From Escherichia coli (GTDB taxonomy: Bacteria > Pseudomonadota > Gammaproteobacteria > Enterobacterales > Enterobacteriaceae): 64,000 nucleotides of DNA. The translations under genes and the position numbers were made by a program. The DNA lies in assembly GCF_044324875.1 (NCBI RefSeq), contig NZ_CP172185.1. The stretch is one strand, 5' to 3'. Numbering within the stretch: the first letter of the stretch is position 1; each line of letters opens with the position of its first letter. The notes under the pieces are model-generated. The model saw only the letters and a program-made list of their open reading frames with translations, was not told the origin of the DNA and did no database searches. Positions 33,271 through 45,674 of the stretch are shown here, piece after piece.

Positions 33271-34222
33271 CGGTGTCCCCTTTTTCACGGTAGATACCGG
33301 TGGTTGGCGTATCGCCTGCGTAGCCCCAGGCGCGATACATTCCTTCGGTGTTAAACGGTAGCGCGATATTACCTTCATGGTCGATAGCGATTAAGCCACC
33401 GCTACCGCCAAGCGCAGGGAGTTTTTCCATTACTACCCGCTCGCAGGCTTCCGCGAGACTTAATCCGCCGTAATCCATTAACGCGGCGATGTCATATGCC
33501 GCCAGCGCGCGGATGAAGACTTCGCCCGTGCCGGTACATGAAACCGCCACACTGGCGTTATTGGCGTAGCATCCGGCCCCCACTAAGGGACTATCGCCAA
33601 CTCGTCCGGGTAATTTATTGGTCATTCCGCCTGTGGACGTGGCTGCCGCCAGATTGCCGTCTAAATCCAACGCCACGGCCCCCACGGTGCCCATTTTCTG
33701 TTTTTCATCCAGTGGCGCACCGCTATGGTCGAGGACTGTTGCCCCTTCCTCGCGCGCTGCCAGTAGTTGTTCATAACGCAAAGGCGTGGAGAAAATCTCC
33801 GGTGAGACGCGCTCCATGCCATGAGCAAACGCAAAATTTTCTGCCCCTTCGCCAATCATCATCACATGCGGGCTTTGCTCCATCACCAGCCGGGCGGCAA
33901 GAACCGGATTACGCAGATGACTAACGCCCGCCACCGCACCGGCTTTCAGGGTGTTACCATCCATTACACAGGCGTCCAGTTCATGGGTTTCATCACGCGT
34001 AAAGACAGCGCCAATTCCGGCGTTAAACAGTGGACACTCTTCCAGCAGACGCACCGCTTCCGTCACCACATCCAGCGCACTTTCGCCCGCTTCCAGCATT
34101 TTCTGCCCGGTTTCAACAATGGCAGACAGCGCCTCGATGTAGCGTAATTCCTGTTGCAGACTCATCTGCGCGCGGCTAATTGCACCTGCGCCGCCATGAA
34201 TTGCAATGACTGCTTTGCCCAT
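33257..34222 (-). CDS. iaaA: isoaspartyl dipeptidase / L-asparaginase IaaA (Ntn hydrolase)
   Basis: 321 aa with the autoproteolytic GTVGAVALD site. Confidence 0.92.
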
Positions 34223-34425
34223 AGTATTCGTCCATTAAGGGTGGCTCGCCACTTTTGCTATAAATATCAGAATTTTTATGAATTACTCATTCAATTTTTG
34301 AATATAGAAAGATGGATATGGCATGTAAAGGCAGGAGCCAACGCTACGCCCGAGGTGGCATACAGTCTGTGGCGTTTTTCTGACATAATAGGCAAATTCG
34401 ATTTTGCCTCCGCAGGAGTGTTTTC

Positions 34426-35661
34426 ATGGAATTTACCACCGGATTGATGTCGCTCGACACCGCGCTTAATGAGATGCTTTCTCGCGTCACCCCACTGACC
34501 GCCCAGGAAACGCTGCCACTGGTACAGTGTTTTGGTCGTATTCTGGCGAGCGATGTCGTTTCGCCACTGGATGTCCCGGGGTTTGATAACTCCGCTATGG
34601 ACGGCTACGCGGTGCGTTTAGCCGATATTGCCTCCGGGCAACCGCTGCCCGTTGCCGGTAAATCCTTTGCCGGTCAGCCGTACCATGGTGAATGGCGTGC
34701 GGGTACCTGCATTCGTATTATGACCGGTGCGCCGGTGCCAGAAGGCTGCGAAGCGGTGGTGATGCAGGAGCAGACTGAACAAACGGACAATGGCGTGCGT
34801 TTTACTGCTGAAGTGCGTAGCGGGCAAAATATTCGCCGTCGCGGTGAAGATATCTCTGCAGGTGCGGTTGTTTTCCCGGCGGGAACTCGCCTGACTACCG
34901 CTGAACTGCCAGTGATTGCTTCGCTAGGGATTGCCGAAGTTCCGGTGATTCGTAAAGTGCGTGTAGCGCTGTTTTCTACCGGTGATGAACTCCAGTTGCC
35001 AGGCCAGCCGCTGGGCGACGGCCAAATCTACGATACCAACCGTCTCGCCGTACACCTGATGTTAGAACAGTTGGGATGCGAGGTAATCAACTTAGGGATT
35101 ATCCGCGACGATCCCCATGCCCTTCGCGCCGCTTTTATTGAAGCCGATAGCCAGGCGGATGTGGTGATCAGTTCCGGCGGTGTTTCAGTGGGTGAAGCGG
35201 ATTACACCAAAACCATTCTTGAAGAGCTGGGGGAGATCGCCTTCTGGAAGCTGGCGATTAAACCAGGTAAACCGTTCGCGTTCGGAAAACTTTCTAATAG
35301 CTGGTTCTGCGGCCTGCCGGGCAACCCGGTTTCAGCAACGCTGACCTTCTATCAACTGGTACAGCCTTTGCTGGCAAAACTAAGCGGCAATACCGCCAGC
35401 GGCCTGCCCGCGCGCCAGCGTGTGCGCACGGCATCGCCTCTGAAGAAATCGCCAGGACGCCTTGATTTCCAGCGCGGCGTGCTGCAACGCAACGCCGATG
35501 GCGAACTGGAAGTGACGACCACCGGACATCAGGGTTCACATATATTTAGCTCCTTTAGCCTCGGCAACTGCTTTATCGTACTGGAGCGCGAGCGCGGCAA
35601 TGTAGAAGCGGGCGAATGGGTGGAAGTAGAACCGTTTAACGCGTTGTTCGGAGGCCTGTAA
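34426..35661 (+). CDS. moeA: molybdopterin molybdenumtransferase MoeA
   Basis: 411-aa [21 protein letters not shown]. Confidence 0.93.
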   Translation: MEFTTGLMSLDTALNEMLSRVTPLTAQETLPLVQCFGRILASDVVSPLDVPGFDNSAMDGYAVRLADIASGQPLPVAGKSFAGQPYHGEWRAGTCIRIMTGAPVPEGCEAVVMQEQTEQTDNGVRFTAEVRSGQNIRRRGEDISAGAVVFPAGTRLTTAELPVIASLGIAEVPVIRKVRVALFSTGDELQLPGQPLGDGQIYDTNRLAVHLMLEQLGCEVINLGIIRDDPHALRAAFIEADSQADVVISSGGVSVGEADYTKTILEELGEIAFWKLAIKPGKPFAFGKLSNSWFCGLPGNPVSATLTFYQLVQPLLAKLSGNTASGLPARQRVRTASPLKKSPGRLDFQRGVLQRNADGELEVTTTGHQGSHIFSSFSLGNCFIVLERERGNVEAGEWVEVEPFNALFGGL

Positions 35662-36410
35662 TGGCGGAACTCAGCGATCAGGAGATGCTGCGCTACAACC
35701 GGCAAATCATTCTGCGCGGTTTTGATTTTGACGGTCAGGAGGCGCTAAAAGATTCTCGTGTGCTGATCGTCGGCCTGGGCGGCCTCGGCTGTGCAGCTTC
35801 GCAGTATCTGGCAAGCGCCGGTGTCGGCAACCTGACACTGCTCGACTTCGACACGGTTTCGCTCTCGAATCTGCAACGCCAGACGCTGCACAACGATGCC
35901 ACGGTCGGGCAACCGAAGGTGGAATCCGCCCGTGACGCCCTGACGCGGATCAACCCACATATCGCGATTACGCCAGTCAATGCACTGCTGGATGACGCAG
36001 AACTTGCTGCGATGATTGCAAAACACGATCTGGTGCTCGACTGTACGGATAACGTTGCGGTACGTAATCAACTGAACGCAGGCTGTTTTGCCGCGAAGGT
36101 GCCGCTGGTTTCCGGCGCGGCAATTCGTATGGAAGGTCAAATCACGGTCTTCACTTATCAGGACGGCGAGCCTTGCTATCGCTGCCTCAGCCGTTTGTTT
36201 GGCGAGAACGCGTTAACCTGCGTAGAAGCAGGCGTGATGGCACCGTTGATCGGCGTAATTGGTTCGTTGCAGGCAATGGAAGCGATCAAACTGCTGGCAG
36301 GTTATGGCAAACCGGCCAGCGGGATAATCGTCATGTACGATGCGATGACCTGTCAGTTTCGCGAAATGAAACTGATGCGTAACCCGGGGTGTGAGGTGTG
36401 CGGGCGGTAA
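35661..36410 (+). CDS. moeB: molybdopterin-synthase adenylyltransferase MoeB
   Basis: 249 aa; ThiF/MoeB fold (GLGGLG) and CxxC pairs. Confidence 0.93.
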   Translation: MAELSDQEMLRYNRQIILRGFDFDGQEALKDSRVLIVGLGGLGCAASQYLASAGVGNLTLLDFDTVSLSNLQRQTLHNDATVGQPKVESARDALTRINPHIAITPVNALLDDAELAAMIAKHDLVLDCTDNVAVRNQLNAGCFAAKVPLVSGAAIRMEGQITVFTYQDGEPCYRCLSRLFGENALTCVEAGVMAPLIGVIGSLQAMEAIKLLAGYGKPASGIIVMYDAMTCQFREMKLMRNPGCEVCGR

Positions 36411-36485
36411 TTGCCACCTCCAGGCCTGATAAGACGCGGCACTCCGCCACGTCATCAGCAATTTATGAGGATGCAGAACGTCCGG

Positions 36486-37148
36486 TTAAATCGACGTTCT
36501 GCCAAACGCTCCCTGCCAGTCCTGCTCAAACTTCGCCACTGCGGCATCAACCGCCGGATAGCTAATCATCTGTTGTGCCACATCCAGCGGCAGAGTAATT
36601 GATTCACATCCTGCCAGTAAGCAGTCCAGAGCCTGACGCGGGGTTTTGAAACTCGCTGCCAGCACTTTCGCCTGCGGCGCATGCATTTTCAATAACTGGT
36701 GTAAGTCGGTCACAGTCTGAATACCGCAACCGCCCTGAGCATCAATACGGTTGACGTAAGGCGCAACATATTCCGCACCTGCCAGCGCCGACAGCAGCCC
36801 TTGTGCCGCGCCATATACCGCGGTTCCCAGCGTCGGAATCCCTTCCGCTTTTAACATCTTAATAGCTGCCAGCCCCTCAGCGGTCACAGGAACTTTCACC
36901 ACGATATCCGCAATAATAGAACGCAATTTACGTGCGTCATTCACCATCCCTTCAGCAGTGGTAGCCATTACCTGGGCAAACAGACGCCCCTGACCGCCCA
37001 TCGCTTCATGAAGTTCCGGAAGCACAACCTCCAGCGGTTTTTTACCCGCGGCGATAATGCTTGGGTTAGTGGTCACACCCGCCAGCGGAAAAATACGTGA
37101 CAGCGCCTTCACCGCAACAACGTCTGAAGTATCCAGATACAGTTCCAT
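36486..37148 (-). CDS. fsaA: fructose-6-phosphate aldolase 1
   Basis: 220 aa from [30 protein letters not shown] (transaldolase-like). Confidence 0.92.
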   Translation of the reverse strand: MELYLDTSDVVAVKALSRIFPLAGVTTNPSIIAAGKKPLEVVLPELHEAMGGQGRLFAQVMATTAEGMVNDARKLRSIIADIVVKVPVTAEGLAAIKMLKAEGIPTLGTAVYGAAQGLLSALAGAEYVAPYVNRIDAQGGCGIQTVTDLHQLLKMHAPQAKVLAASFKTPRQALDCLLAGCESITLPLDVAQQMISYPAVDAAVAKFEQDWQGAFGRTSI

Positions 37149-37278
37149 AACCATCCTCAAAATGTACTTTTTGTCTGAATGTAGACTATCACGGGAAAAC
37201 TCTCTGAACAGTTGACGCACATCAATCTAACTTTCATTCGAAAGTATTTTAATGTTTGAACGAAACAGAGAGGCAACT

Positions 37279-38178
37279 ATGATTTTCAATATTCAGCGCT
37301 ACTCGACCCATGATGGCCCCGGTATCCGCACGGTCGTATTTCTTAAAGGCTGTTCGCTGGGCTGCCGCTGGTGTCAGAACCCGGAAAGCCGCGCCCGCAC
37401 GCAAGATCTGCTGTATGACGCACGACTGTGTCTGGAAGGCTGCGAGCTGTGCGCTAAGGCCGCGCCGGAAGTGATTGAGCGCGCGCTGAATGGTTTGCTT
37501 ATTCATCGGGAAAAGTTAACCCCGGAGCATTTTACGGCGCTAACCGACTGCTGCCCGACACAGGCGTTAACCGTGTGTGGTGAAGTGAAAAGCGTTGAGG
37601 AGATCATGGCGACCGTTTTGCGCGATAAACCGTTTTACGATCGCAGCGGCGGCGGCTTAACGCTTTCTGGCGGTGAACCGTTTATGCAGCCGGAAATGGC
37701 GACGGCGCTGCTGCAAGCCAGCCACGAGGCCGGCATTCATACTGCGGTAGAAACCTGTCTGCATGTGCCGTGGAAATATATCGCCCCTTCTCTGCCCTAT
37801 ATCGATCTGTTTCTTGCCGATTTAAAACACGTTGCCGACGCGCCGTTTAAACAGTGGACCGACGGTAACGCCGCCAGAGTGCTGGATAACCTGAAAAAAC
37901 TCGCCGCAGCGGGCAAAAAAATCATTATCCGCGTGCCGCTGATTCAGGGCTTTAATGCCGACGAAACCTCTGTAAAAGCCATTACCGATTTTGCCGCCGA
38001 CGAGCTGCACGTTGGCGAAATTCATTTCCTGCCCTACCACACGCTGGGCATCAACAAATATCACTTACTTAATCTGCCCTATGACGCCCCGGAAAAACCG
38101 CTTGATGCGCCAGAACTGCTCGACTTTGCCCAGCAGTATGCCTGCCAGAAAGGGTTAACCGCGACCTTACGAGGATAA
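37279..38178 (+). CDS. pflE: glycyl-radical enzyme activating protein PflE (YbiY)
   Basis: Radical-[15 protein letters not shown] motif; start at MIFNIQRY. Confidence 0.9.
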   Translation: MIFNIQRYSTHDGPGIRTVVFLKGCSLGCRWCQNPESRARTQDLLYDARLCLEGCELCAKAAPEVIERALNGLLIHREKLTPEHFTALTDCCPTQALTVCGEVKSVEEIMATVLRDKPFYDRSGGGLTLSGGEPFMQPEMATALLQASHEAGIHTAVETCLHVPWKYIAPSLPYIDLFLADLKHVADAPFKQWTDGNAARVLDNLKKLAAAGKKIIIRVPLIQGFNADETSVKAITDFAADELHVGEIHFLPYHTLGINKYHLLNLPYDAPEKPLDAPELLDFAQQYACQKGLTATLRG

Positions 38179-38183
38179 CAACC

Positions 38184-40616
38184 ATGACCACACTGAAACT
38201 GGACACGCTCAGCGACCGCATTAAAGCGCACAAAAATGCGCTGGTGCATATTGTGAAACCGCCGGTCTGTACCGAGCGCGCGCAGCACTATACTGAGATG
38301 TATCAACAACATCTCGATAAGCCGATCCCGGTACGTCGCGCGCTGGCGCTGGCGCATCACCTGGCGAATCGCACCATCTGGATCAAGCACGATGAGTTGA
38401 TCATTGGCAACCAGGCAAGCGAAGTTCGCGCCGCGCCGATCTTCCCGGAATATACCGTCTCCTGGATCGAAAAAGAGATTGATGATCTGGCGGATCGTCC
38501 GGGTGCTGGTTTTGCGGTGAGCGAAGAGAACAAACGTGTTCTGCATGAAGTGTGCCCTTGGTGGCGTGGTCAGACGGTACAGGATCGCTGCTACGGCATG
38601 TTTACCGATGAGCAAAAAGGTCTGCTGGCGACCGGCATCATTAAAGCGGAAGGCAATATGACTTCCGGCGATGCGCACCTGGCGGTGAATTTCCCGCTGC
38701 TGCTGGAAAAAGGGCTTGATGGTCTGCATGAGAAAGTGGCGGAACGTCGCTCGCGCATCAATCTGACGGTACTGGAAGATTTGCACGGCGAACAGTTCCT
38801 GAAAGCGATTGATATCGTGCTGGTGGCAGTCAGTGAACACATTGAACGTTTCGCTGCCCTGGCGCGTGAAATGGCAGCCACTGAAACCCGCGAAAGCCGT
38901 CGCGATGAACTGCGGGCGATAGCAGAAAACTGCGATCTTATCGCCCACCAGCCGCCGCAGACTTTCTGGCAGGCGCTGCAACTGTGTTACTTCATCCAGT
39001 TGATTTTGCAGATCGAATCCAACGGTCACTCAGTATCGTTTGGTCGTATGGACCAGTATCTCTACCCGTACTATCGACGCGACGTTGAACTGAACCAGAC
39101 GCTGGATCGCGAACACGCCATCGAGATGCTGCATAGCTGCTGGTTGAAACTGCTGGAAGTGAACAAAATCCGCTCCGGCTCACACTCAAAAGCCTCTGCG
39201 GGAAGTCCGCTGTATCAGAACGTCACCATTGGCGGACAAAATCTGGTTGATGGTCAACCAATGGACGCAGTGAATCCACTCTCTTACGCGATCCTTGAAT
39301 CCTGCGGTCGCCTGCGTTCCACTCAGCCTAACCTCAGCGTACGTTACCATGCGGGAATGAGTAACGATTTCCTCGACGCCTGCGTGCAGGTGATCCGCTG
39401 CGGCTTCGGGATGCCAGCGTTCAACAACGACGAAATTGTCATCCCGGAATTTATTAAACTCGGCATTGAACCGCAGGACGCTTACGACTATGCAGCGATT
39501 GGTTGTATCGAAACCGCCGTCGGTGGCAAATGGGGCTATCGCTGTACCGGCATGAGCTTTATCAACTTCGCCCGTGTGATGCTGGCGGCGCTGGAAGGCG
39601 GTCGTGATGCCACCAGCGGCAAAGTGTTCCTGCCACAAGAAAAAGCGTTGTCGGCAGGTAACTTCAACAACTTCGATGAAGTGATGGACGCGTGGGACAC
39701 GCAAATCCGTTACTACACCCGCAAATCAATCGAAATCGAATATGTCGTTGACACCATGCTGGAGGAGAACGTGCACGATATTCTCTGCTCGGCGCTGGTG
39801 GATGACTGTATTGAGCGAGCAAAAAGTATCAAGCAAGGCGGCGCGAAATATGACTGGGTTTCTGGCCTGCAGGTTGGCATTGCCAACCTCGGCAACAGCC
39901 TGGCGGCAGTGAAGAAACTGGTGTTTGAACAGGGCGCGATTGGTCAGCAACAACTGGCTGCCGCACTGGCGGATGACTTCGACGGCCTGACTCACGAGCA
40001 ACTGCGTCAGCGGCTGATTAACGGCGCGCCGAAGTACGGCAACGACGACGATACTGTCGATACGCTGCTGGCTCGCGCTTATCAGACCTATATCGACGAA
40101 CTGAAACAGTACCATAACCCGCGCTACGGTCGTGGTCCGGTTGGCGGCAATTATTACGCGGGTACGTCGTCTATCTCCGCTAACGTACCGTTTGGCGCGC
40201 AAACTATGGCAACGCCGGACGGGCGTAAAGCGCATACCCCGCTGGCAGAAGGCGCAAGCCCGGCTTCCGGTACTGATCATCTTGGCCCTACTGCGGTCAT
40301 TGGCTCGGTGGGTAAACTGCCTACGGCAGCGATTCTCGGCGGCGTGTTGCTCAACCAGAAACTGAATCCGGCAACGCTGGAGAACGAATCTGACAAGCAG
40401 AAACTGATGATCCTGCTACGCACCTTCTTTGAAGTGCATAAAGGCTGGCATATTCAATACAACATCGTTTCCCGCGAAACGCTGCTGGAAGCGAAAAAAC
40501 ATCCGGATCAGTACCGCGATCTGGTGGTGCGCGTAGCGGGTTATTCCGCCTTCTTCACCGCGCTCTCTCCAGACGCACAGGACGATATCATCGCCCGTAC
40601 TGAACATATGCTGTAA
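38184..40616 (+). CDS. pflF: glycyl radical enzyme PflF (YbiW), pyruvate formate-lyase family
   Basis: 810 aa with the C-terminal glycyl radical motif VRVAGYSAFF. Confidence 0.92.
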   Translation: MTTLKLDTLSDRIKAHKNALVHIVKPPVCTERAQHYTEMYQQHLDKPIPVRRALALAHHLANRTIWIKHDELIIGNQASEVRAAPIFPEYTVSWIEKEIDDLADRPGAGFAVSEENKRVLHEVCPWWRGQTVQDRCYGMFTDEQKGLLATGIIKAEGNMTSGDAHLAVNFPLLLEKGLDGLHEKVAERRSRINLTVLEDLHGEQFLKAIDIVLVAVSEHIERFAALAREMAATETRESRRDELRAIAENCDLIAHQPPQTFWQALQLCYFIQLILQIESNGHSVSFGRMDQYLYPYYRRDVELNQTLDREHAIEMLHSCWLKLLEVNKIRSGSHSKASAGSPLYQNVTIGGQNLVDGQPMDAVNPLSYAILESCGRLRSTQPNLSVRYHAGMSNDFLDACVQVIRCGFGMPAFNNDEIVIPEFIKLGIEPQDAYDYAAIGCIETAVGGKWGYRCTGMSFINFARVMLAALEGGRDATSGKVFLPQEKALSAGNFNNFDEVMDAWDTQIRYYTRKSIEIEYVVDTMLEENVHDILCSALVDDCIERAKSIKQGGAKYDWVSGLQVGIANLGNSLAAVKKLVFEQGAIGQQQLAAALADDFDGLTHEQLRQRLINGAPKYGNDDDTVDTLLARAYQTYIDELKQYHNPRYGRGPVGGNYYAGTSSISANVPFGAQTMATPDGRKAHTPLAEGASPASGTDHLGPTAVIGSVGKLPTAAILGGVLLNQKLNPATLENESDKQKLMILLRTFFEVHKGWHIQYNIVSRETLLEAKKHPDQYRDLVVRVAGYSAFFTALSPDAQDDIIARTEHML

Positions 40617-40761
40617 TCTCCTCGGCCCGGCGGCGGCGTCGCCGGGCTAAATCATTCACATCATCAATTTCACCCTTACTTTCATTCGAAATATAATTTG
40701 TGCTCTGCGTCACATTGTTATTACACTGTTACGGTTTCATTTTCGAGCCAGGAGCACACCT

Positions 40762-41577
40762 ATGAGCGTAAAAGTTATCGTCACAGACATGGACGGTACT
40801 TTTCTTAACGACGCCAAAACGTACAACCAACCACGTTTTATGGCGCAATATCAGGAACTGAAAAAGCGCGGCATTGAGTTCGTTGTCGCCAGCGGTAATC
40901 AGTATTACCAGCTTATTTCGTTCTTTCCTGAGCTAAAGGATGAGATCTCTTTTGTCGCGGAAAACGGCGCACTGGTTTACGAACATGGCAAGCAGTTGTT
41001 CCACGGCGAACTGACCCGACATGAATCGCGGATTGTGATTGGCGAGTTGCTAAAAGATAAGCAACTCAATTTTGTCGCCTGCGGTCTGCAAAGTGCATAT
41101 GTCAGCGAAAATGCCCCTGAAGCATTTGTCGCACTGATGGCAAAACACTACCATCGCCTGAAACCTGTAAAAGATTATCAGGAGATTGACGACGTACTGT
41201 TCAAGTTTTCGCTCAACCTGCCGGATGAACAAATCCCGTTAGTGATCGACAAACTGCACATAGCGCTGGATGGCATTATGAAACCCGTCACCAGTGGTTT
41301 TGGCTTTATCGACCTGATTATTCCTGGCCTGCATAAAGCGAATGGTATTTCGCGGTTACTGAAACGCTGGGATCTGTCGCCGCAAAATGTGGTAGCGATT
41401 GGCGACAGCGGTAACGATGCGGAGATGCTGAAAATGGCGCGTTATTCCTTTGCGATGGGCAATGCTGCGGAAAACATTAAACAAATCGCCCGTTACGCTA
41501 CCGATGATAATAATCATGAAGGCGCGCTGAACGTGATTCAGGCTGTGCTGGATAACACATCCCCTTTTAACAGCTGA
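40762..41577 (+). CDS. ybiV: HAD-family sugar phosphatase YbiV (Cof-type)
   Basis: 271 aa; VTDMDGT and GDSGND motifs; paralogous to ybjI in this window. Confidence 0.9.
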   Translation: MSVKVIVTDMDGTFLNDAKTYNQPRFMAQYQELKKRGIEFVVASGNQYYQLISFFPELKDEISFVAENGALVYEHGKQLFHGELTRHESRIVIGELLKDKQLNFVACGLQSAYVSENAPEAFVALMAKHYHRLKPVKDYQEIDDVLFKFSLNLPDEQIPLVIDKLHIALDGIMKPVTSGFGFIDLIIPGLHKANGISRLLKRWDLSPQNVVAIGDSGNDAEMLKMARYSFAMGNAAENIKQIARYATDDNNHEGALNVIQAVLDNTSPFNS

Positions 41578-41728
41578 CCTCTCTACCGGAGCCATGCGCT
41601 CCGGTTTTCCCTTCTTTTTACATCCTGTACATCACATCAAATCATTAAACTTGCATTAACTTATTTATAACTTATATTGTCACATGCAAATCATCATAGT
41701 TTCGAATGAAAGTTAATGCGAGGTGGTT

Positions 41729-42994
41729 ATGGCTTCTACTTTTACCAGCGACACATTGCCTGCCGATCACAAAGCAGCTATCCGTCAGATGAAGCACGCG
41801 CTGCGGGCACAGCTTGGCGACGTCCAGCAGATCTTTAATCAGCTAAGCGATGACATTGCTACGCGAGTGGCTGAAATCAACGCACTCAAAGCACAGGGCG
41901 ATGCCGTCTGGCCGGTGCTGTCTTATGCCGATATCAAAGCAGGTCATGTTACTGCAGAGCAGCGCGAACAGATTAAACGTCGCGGTTGTGCGGTGATAAA
42001 AGGCCATTTCCCCCGCGAACAAGCGCTAGGCTGGGATCAGTCGATGCTGGACTATCTGGACCGCAACCGCTTTGACGAGGTCTACAAAGGCCCCGGCGAT
42101 AATTTCTTCGGGACGCTCAGCGCTTCACGTCCCGAGATTTACCCCATCTACTGGTCGCAGGCGCAAATGCAGGCCCGCCAGAGTGAAGAAATGGCGAATG
42201 TGCAGTCGTTTCTCAATCGTCTGTGGACATTTGAAAGTGATGGAAAGCAATGGTTTAACCCGGATGTGAGCGTCATCTACCCTGACCGTATCCGCCGCCG
42301 TCCGCCCGGAACGACCTCCAAAGGTCTTGGAGCGCATACCGACTCCGGGGCGCTGGAACGCTGGCTGCTTCCAGCGTATCAGCACGTTTTCGCCAACGTC
42401 TTTAATGGCAATCTGGCGAAATACGATCCCTGGCATGCGGCACATCGTACGGAAGTTGAAGAGTACACGGTGGACAACACCACCAAATGTTCCGTGTTTC
42501 GGACATTCCAGGGCTGGACAGCGCTCTCTGATATGCTGCCTGGTCAGGGGCTGCTGCACGTCGTGCCCATTCCTGAAGCCATGGCGTACGTACTGTTACG
42601 TCCGCTGCTTGATGATGTGCCGGAGGATGAACTGTGCGGCGTAGCGCCCGGAAGAGTATTGCCGGTATCAGAGCAATGGCATCCACTGTTGATTGAGGCG
42701 TTAACCAGCATTCCAAAACTCGAAGCCGGAGACTCCGTCTGGTGGCACTGCGACGTCATCCATTCCGTTGCCCCCGTTGAAAATCAACAGGGCTGGGGCA
42801 ACGTGATGTACATTCCTGCGGCACCGATGTGCGAGAAAAATCTTGCCTACGCGCACAAGGTGAAGGCCGCACTGGAAAAAGGCGCATCGCCGTGCGACTT
42901 CCCGCGCGAGGACTATGAAACAAACTGGGAAGGACGCTTTACGCTTGCCGACCTCAACATTCACGGTAAGCGAGCGTTGGGAATCGACAGCTGA
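41729..42994 (+). CDS. ybiU: DUF1479 family protein YbiU
   Basis: 421 aa from MASTFTSDTLPADHKAAIRQ. Confidence 0.88.
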   Translation: MASTFTSDTLPADHKAAIRQMKHALRAQLGDVQQIFNQLSDDIATRVAEINALKAQGDAVWPVLSYADIKAGHVTAEQREQIKRRGCAVIKGHFPREQALGWDQSMLDYLDRNRFDEVYKGPGDNFFGTLSASRPEIYPIYWSQAQMQARQSEEMANVQSFLNRLWTFESDGKQWFNPDVSVIYPDRIRRRPPGTTSKGLGAHTDSGALERWLLPAYQHVFANVFNGNLAKYDPWHAAHRTEVEEYTVDNTTKCSVFRTFQGWTALSDMLPGQGLLHVVPIPEAMAYVLLRPLLDDVPEDELCGVAPGRVLPVSEQWHPLLIEALTSIPKLEAGDSVWWHCDVIHSVAPVENQQGWGNVMYIPAAPMCEKNLAYAHKVKAALEKGASPCDFPREDYETNWEGRFTLADLNIHGKRALGIDS

Positions 42995-44064
42995 GTGTCG
43001 TACAGCCCTTCCCGTTCCACGGCGGTGTTCCCTTTTCCTGGGCGAACCCGCCGCACTGACTCCCGCACCGCCAATCGTCCGTGCAGCAGCAGCGAGCCCA
43101 CCGGAGCATCCGGGCGAATCAGCCGCTGTTGCAACATTTGCACCGCTTCATTGCCTAGCTCATCGCATGGCACATGCACAGCCGTCAGGGGAACATCCTC
43201 GATTGCCGCAAGGTTAAAGCCGTCGATACTCATCACCGAGACATCCTGTGGTACGCGCAGACCACGACGATGTAGCGCATTTACCGTTCCCGCCGCCATA
43301 AAATCCCCGCCGACCAGAAACGCCGTCGGCAACGTCTTGCCATTGGCGGCATCCAGCCACGCTCCGACCTTTTCTTCCGCTTCTTTAGCGCTAAAACTGC
43401 TGATATTCAGCAAATGACGGTCATGGTGAAAGGCCAGATTATGCTGACGCCATGATTCTTTAATCCCTGCAAACCGCTGCTCCATAGTGTAGCGGCGCAG
43501 GCACATCACATTCATCACCTCCCGGTGACCCATTTCAAACAGATAGCGGGCGGCGAACGCGCCAATTAACCGATGGTCCGGCGCAATCGCCGGGAGGCGC
43601 ATTCGTTCATCACGGCAGTTGATCAGCACACAAGGCTTAGCGAGATCGGCGGCCAGATCATGGATGTGCGGATCGTCAATCCCCAGCAGGATCGCCGCCT
43701 GCGTATCTGCTTCATTCATCCGCGAGAGAAATAGCGCGGGATCGCTGTCAAACTCCTCCAGCGCGCAGTAACGCAGCCGCACTTCATGCGGCGATAACGC
43801 TTTGCTGATGCTCTGGATCACACGGTAATAAAAGATATCAGATCGTTGGTCAAAAGCGCGTTGCGGCGCGAAAATAATCAGGTTGTTCAGCAACATACGA
43901 CCTGCTGCCATGCCATCCATCACGCCCAACTCACGCGCGCAGGCCAGCACCTGTTCGCGAGCGCGTGCACTGGTATTCGCTTTGCCAGCCAGCACCCGCG
44001 AAACCGTACTCGGCGATAGCCCGGTACGTGCGGCGATATCGGCGATTTTCAGCTTCTTGTCCAT
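42961..44064 (-). CDS. LacI-family transcriptional regulator (accessory)
   Basis: N-terminal HTH MDKKLKIADIAARTGLSPSTVSRVLAG followed by a periplasmic-binding-protein-like sugar domain; its 3' end overlaps the ybiU 3' end by 34 nt. Confidence 0.85.
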   Translation of the reverse strand: MDKKLKIADIAARTGLSPSTVSRVLAGKANTSARAREQVLACARELGVMDGMAAGRMLLNNLIIFAPQRAFDQRSDIFYYRVIQSISKALSPHEVRLRYCALEEFDSDPALFLSRMNEADTQAAILLGIDDPHIHDLAADLAKPCVLINCRDERMRLPAIAPDHRLIGAFAARYLFEMGHREVMNVMCLRRYTMEQRFAGIKESWRQHNLAFHHDRHLLNISSFSAKEAEEKVGAWLDAANGKTLPTAFLVGGDFMAAGTVNALHRRGLRVPQDVSVMSIDGFNLAAIEDVPLTAVHVPCDELGNEAVQMLQQRLIRPDAPVGSLLLHGRLAVRESVRRVRPGKGNTAVEREGLYDTQLSIPNARLP

Positions 44065-44358
44065 TTTGTGATCTGCCTCTAATTCGGAAATGACAGAATT
44101 TTCATGAGCAAAAAAGCCCATTCTGTCTGGCATTAAATCCATTTCAGTAATGTATATCAGTCACTCATGGAAAAACGTGCACAAAACCCGCTTTCTTTCG
44201 CTTTTAGGGTCTCTTACTGTGAATTGGTAGAACAACTTCCATACAAAAATAATGGAAAAACGAACAATAAAGACTTTATTTATCAAAAAGTTAAAAGTGG
44301 TGTGACAACTCCATTCTGACGTTGCCGCACAAACCCTATACCATTCTGTGGAGTGCAT

Positions 44359-45660
44359 ATGAGTCAGGGTATCAATAACGATATGACTGCCAGTAAACCG
44401 CGCCATATCGTCAAAAATCTGCGTTGGTGGATACTGGTCCTTTTTTTGCTCGGTGTTACTGTCAACTACATCACGCGTAACTCGCTGGGTATTCTCGCCC
44501 CCGAACTGAAAAGCAACCTGGGGATTACCACCGAACAATATTCCTGGATTGTAGGTGCTTTCCAGCTCGCCTATACCCTATTCCAACCGTTGTGTGGATG
44601 GCTGATTGACGTCATTGGCCTCAAACTGGGCTTTATGATCTGCGCGGGACTGTGGGCGCTGGCCTGTCTGATGCATGCGGGGGCGGGAAACTGGGTACAT
44701 CTGGCGCTGTTGCGCTTCTTTATGGGCGGTGCGGAAGCCGCGGCAACCCCAGCAAACGCCAAAACCATCGGTGAATGGTTTCCAAAATCAGAACGCCCGA
44801 TCGCCGCAGGCTGGGCAGGCGTCGGTTTTTCCATCGGTGCCATGCTGGCCCCACCGATTATCTATTTTGCCCACGCTTCATTCGGCTGGCAGGGTGCATT
44901 TATGTTCACTGGCATCCTGGCGATGCTGTGGGTGGTGCTGTGGTGGGCGTTCTATCACAACCCGGATAAGCATCCTAACCTCAGCAAAGCCGAGCTGGAC
45001 TTTATCCGCCAGGATAACGAAGCGCCCCCTGTCAAGTTACCCTTTCTGACCGCACTGAAAACCGTAGGCAAAAATAAACGCTTTTACGGTATCGCTATCC
45101 CGGCCTTTATGGCAGAACCGGCGTGGGCGGTGATGAGTTTCTGGGTTCCGCTATACCTGTCCAAAACCTATGGCATGGACCTGAAGCAGATCGCATTATT
45201 CGCCTGGTTGCCGTTCCTCGCCGCTGATCTTGGCAGTATTGCCAGCGGCTATCTGACCAAACTTTACACCCGCCTGTTTGGGCTGAGTCGTGTGAACTCC
45301 GTTGTCGCATCATCGGTCAGTGGCGCATTCCTGATGGTTTCGCTGGCGGTGATGGCCTTTACCAATAACCCGTATATCGCCATCGTCCTTATTTCCATCG
45401 GCGGCTTCGGTCACCAGATCATCTCCTGCATGCTGAGCGCACTGGTGGTGGAATCCTTCGACAAAGGTCAGATGGCCACTGTTAACGGCATGCGCGGTTC
45501 TGCCGCGTGGATCGCAAGTTTCCTGTTCTCCCTGATTATCGGGGTTACCGCTGACAAAATCGGCTTTAACCCCCTGTTTATCGCCATGGGCTTCTTTGAC
45601 CTGATTGGTGCTTTCTTCCTGGTCACCTTTATTGCTGAACGTCGCGCAAAACGCGCCTGA
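44359..45660 (+). CDS. MFS transporter, anion:cation symporter (ACS, ExuT/DgoT-like) family
   Basis: 12-TM ORF; start taken at ATG 44359 with SD GGAG (ORF track opens at GTG 44353). Confidence 0.82.
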   Translation: MSQGINNDMTASKPRHIVKNLRWWILVLFLLGVTVNYITRNSLGILAPELKSNLGITTEQYSWIVGAFQLAYTLFQPLCGWLIDVIGLKLGFMICAGLWALACLMHAGAGNWVHLALLRFFMGGAEAAATPANAKTIGEWFPKSERPIAAGWAGVGFSIGAMLAPPIIYFAHASFGWQGAFMFTGILAMLWVVLWWAFYHNPDKHPNLSKAELDFIRQDNEAPPVKLPFLTALKTVGKNKRFYGIAIPAFMAEPAWAVMSFWVPLYLSKTYGMDLKQIALFAWLPFLAADLGSIASGYLTKLYTRLFGLSRVNSVVASSVSGAFLMVSLAVMAFTNNPYIAIVLISIGGFGHQIISCMLSALVVESFDKGQMATVNGMRGSAAWIASFLFSLIIGVTADKIGFNPLFIAMGFFDLIGAFFLVTFIAERRAKRA

Positions 45661-45674
45661 GAGTGGATGTAAAC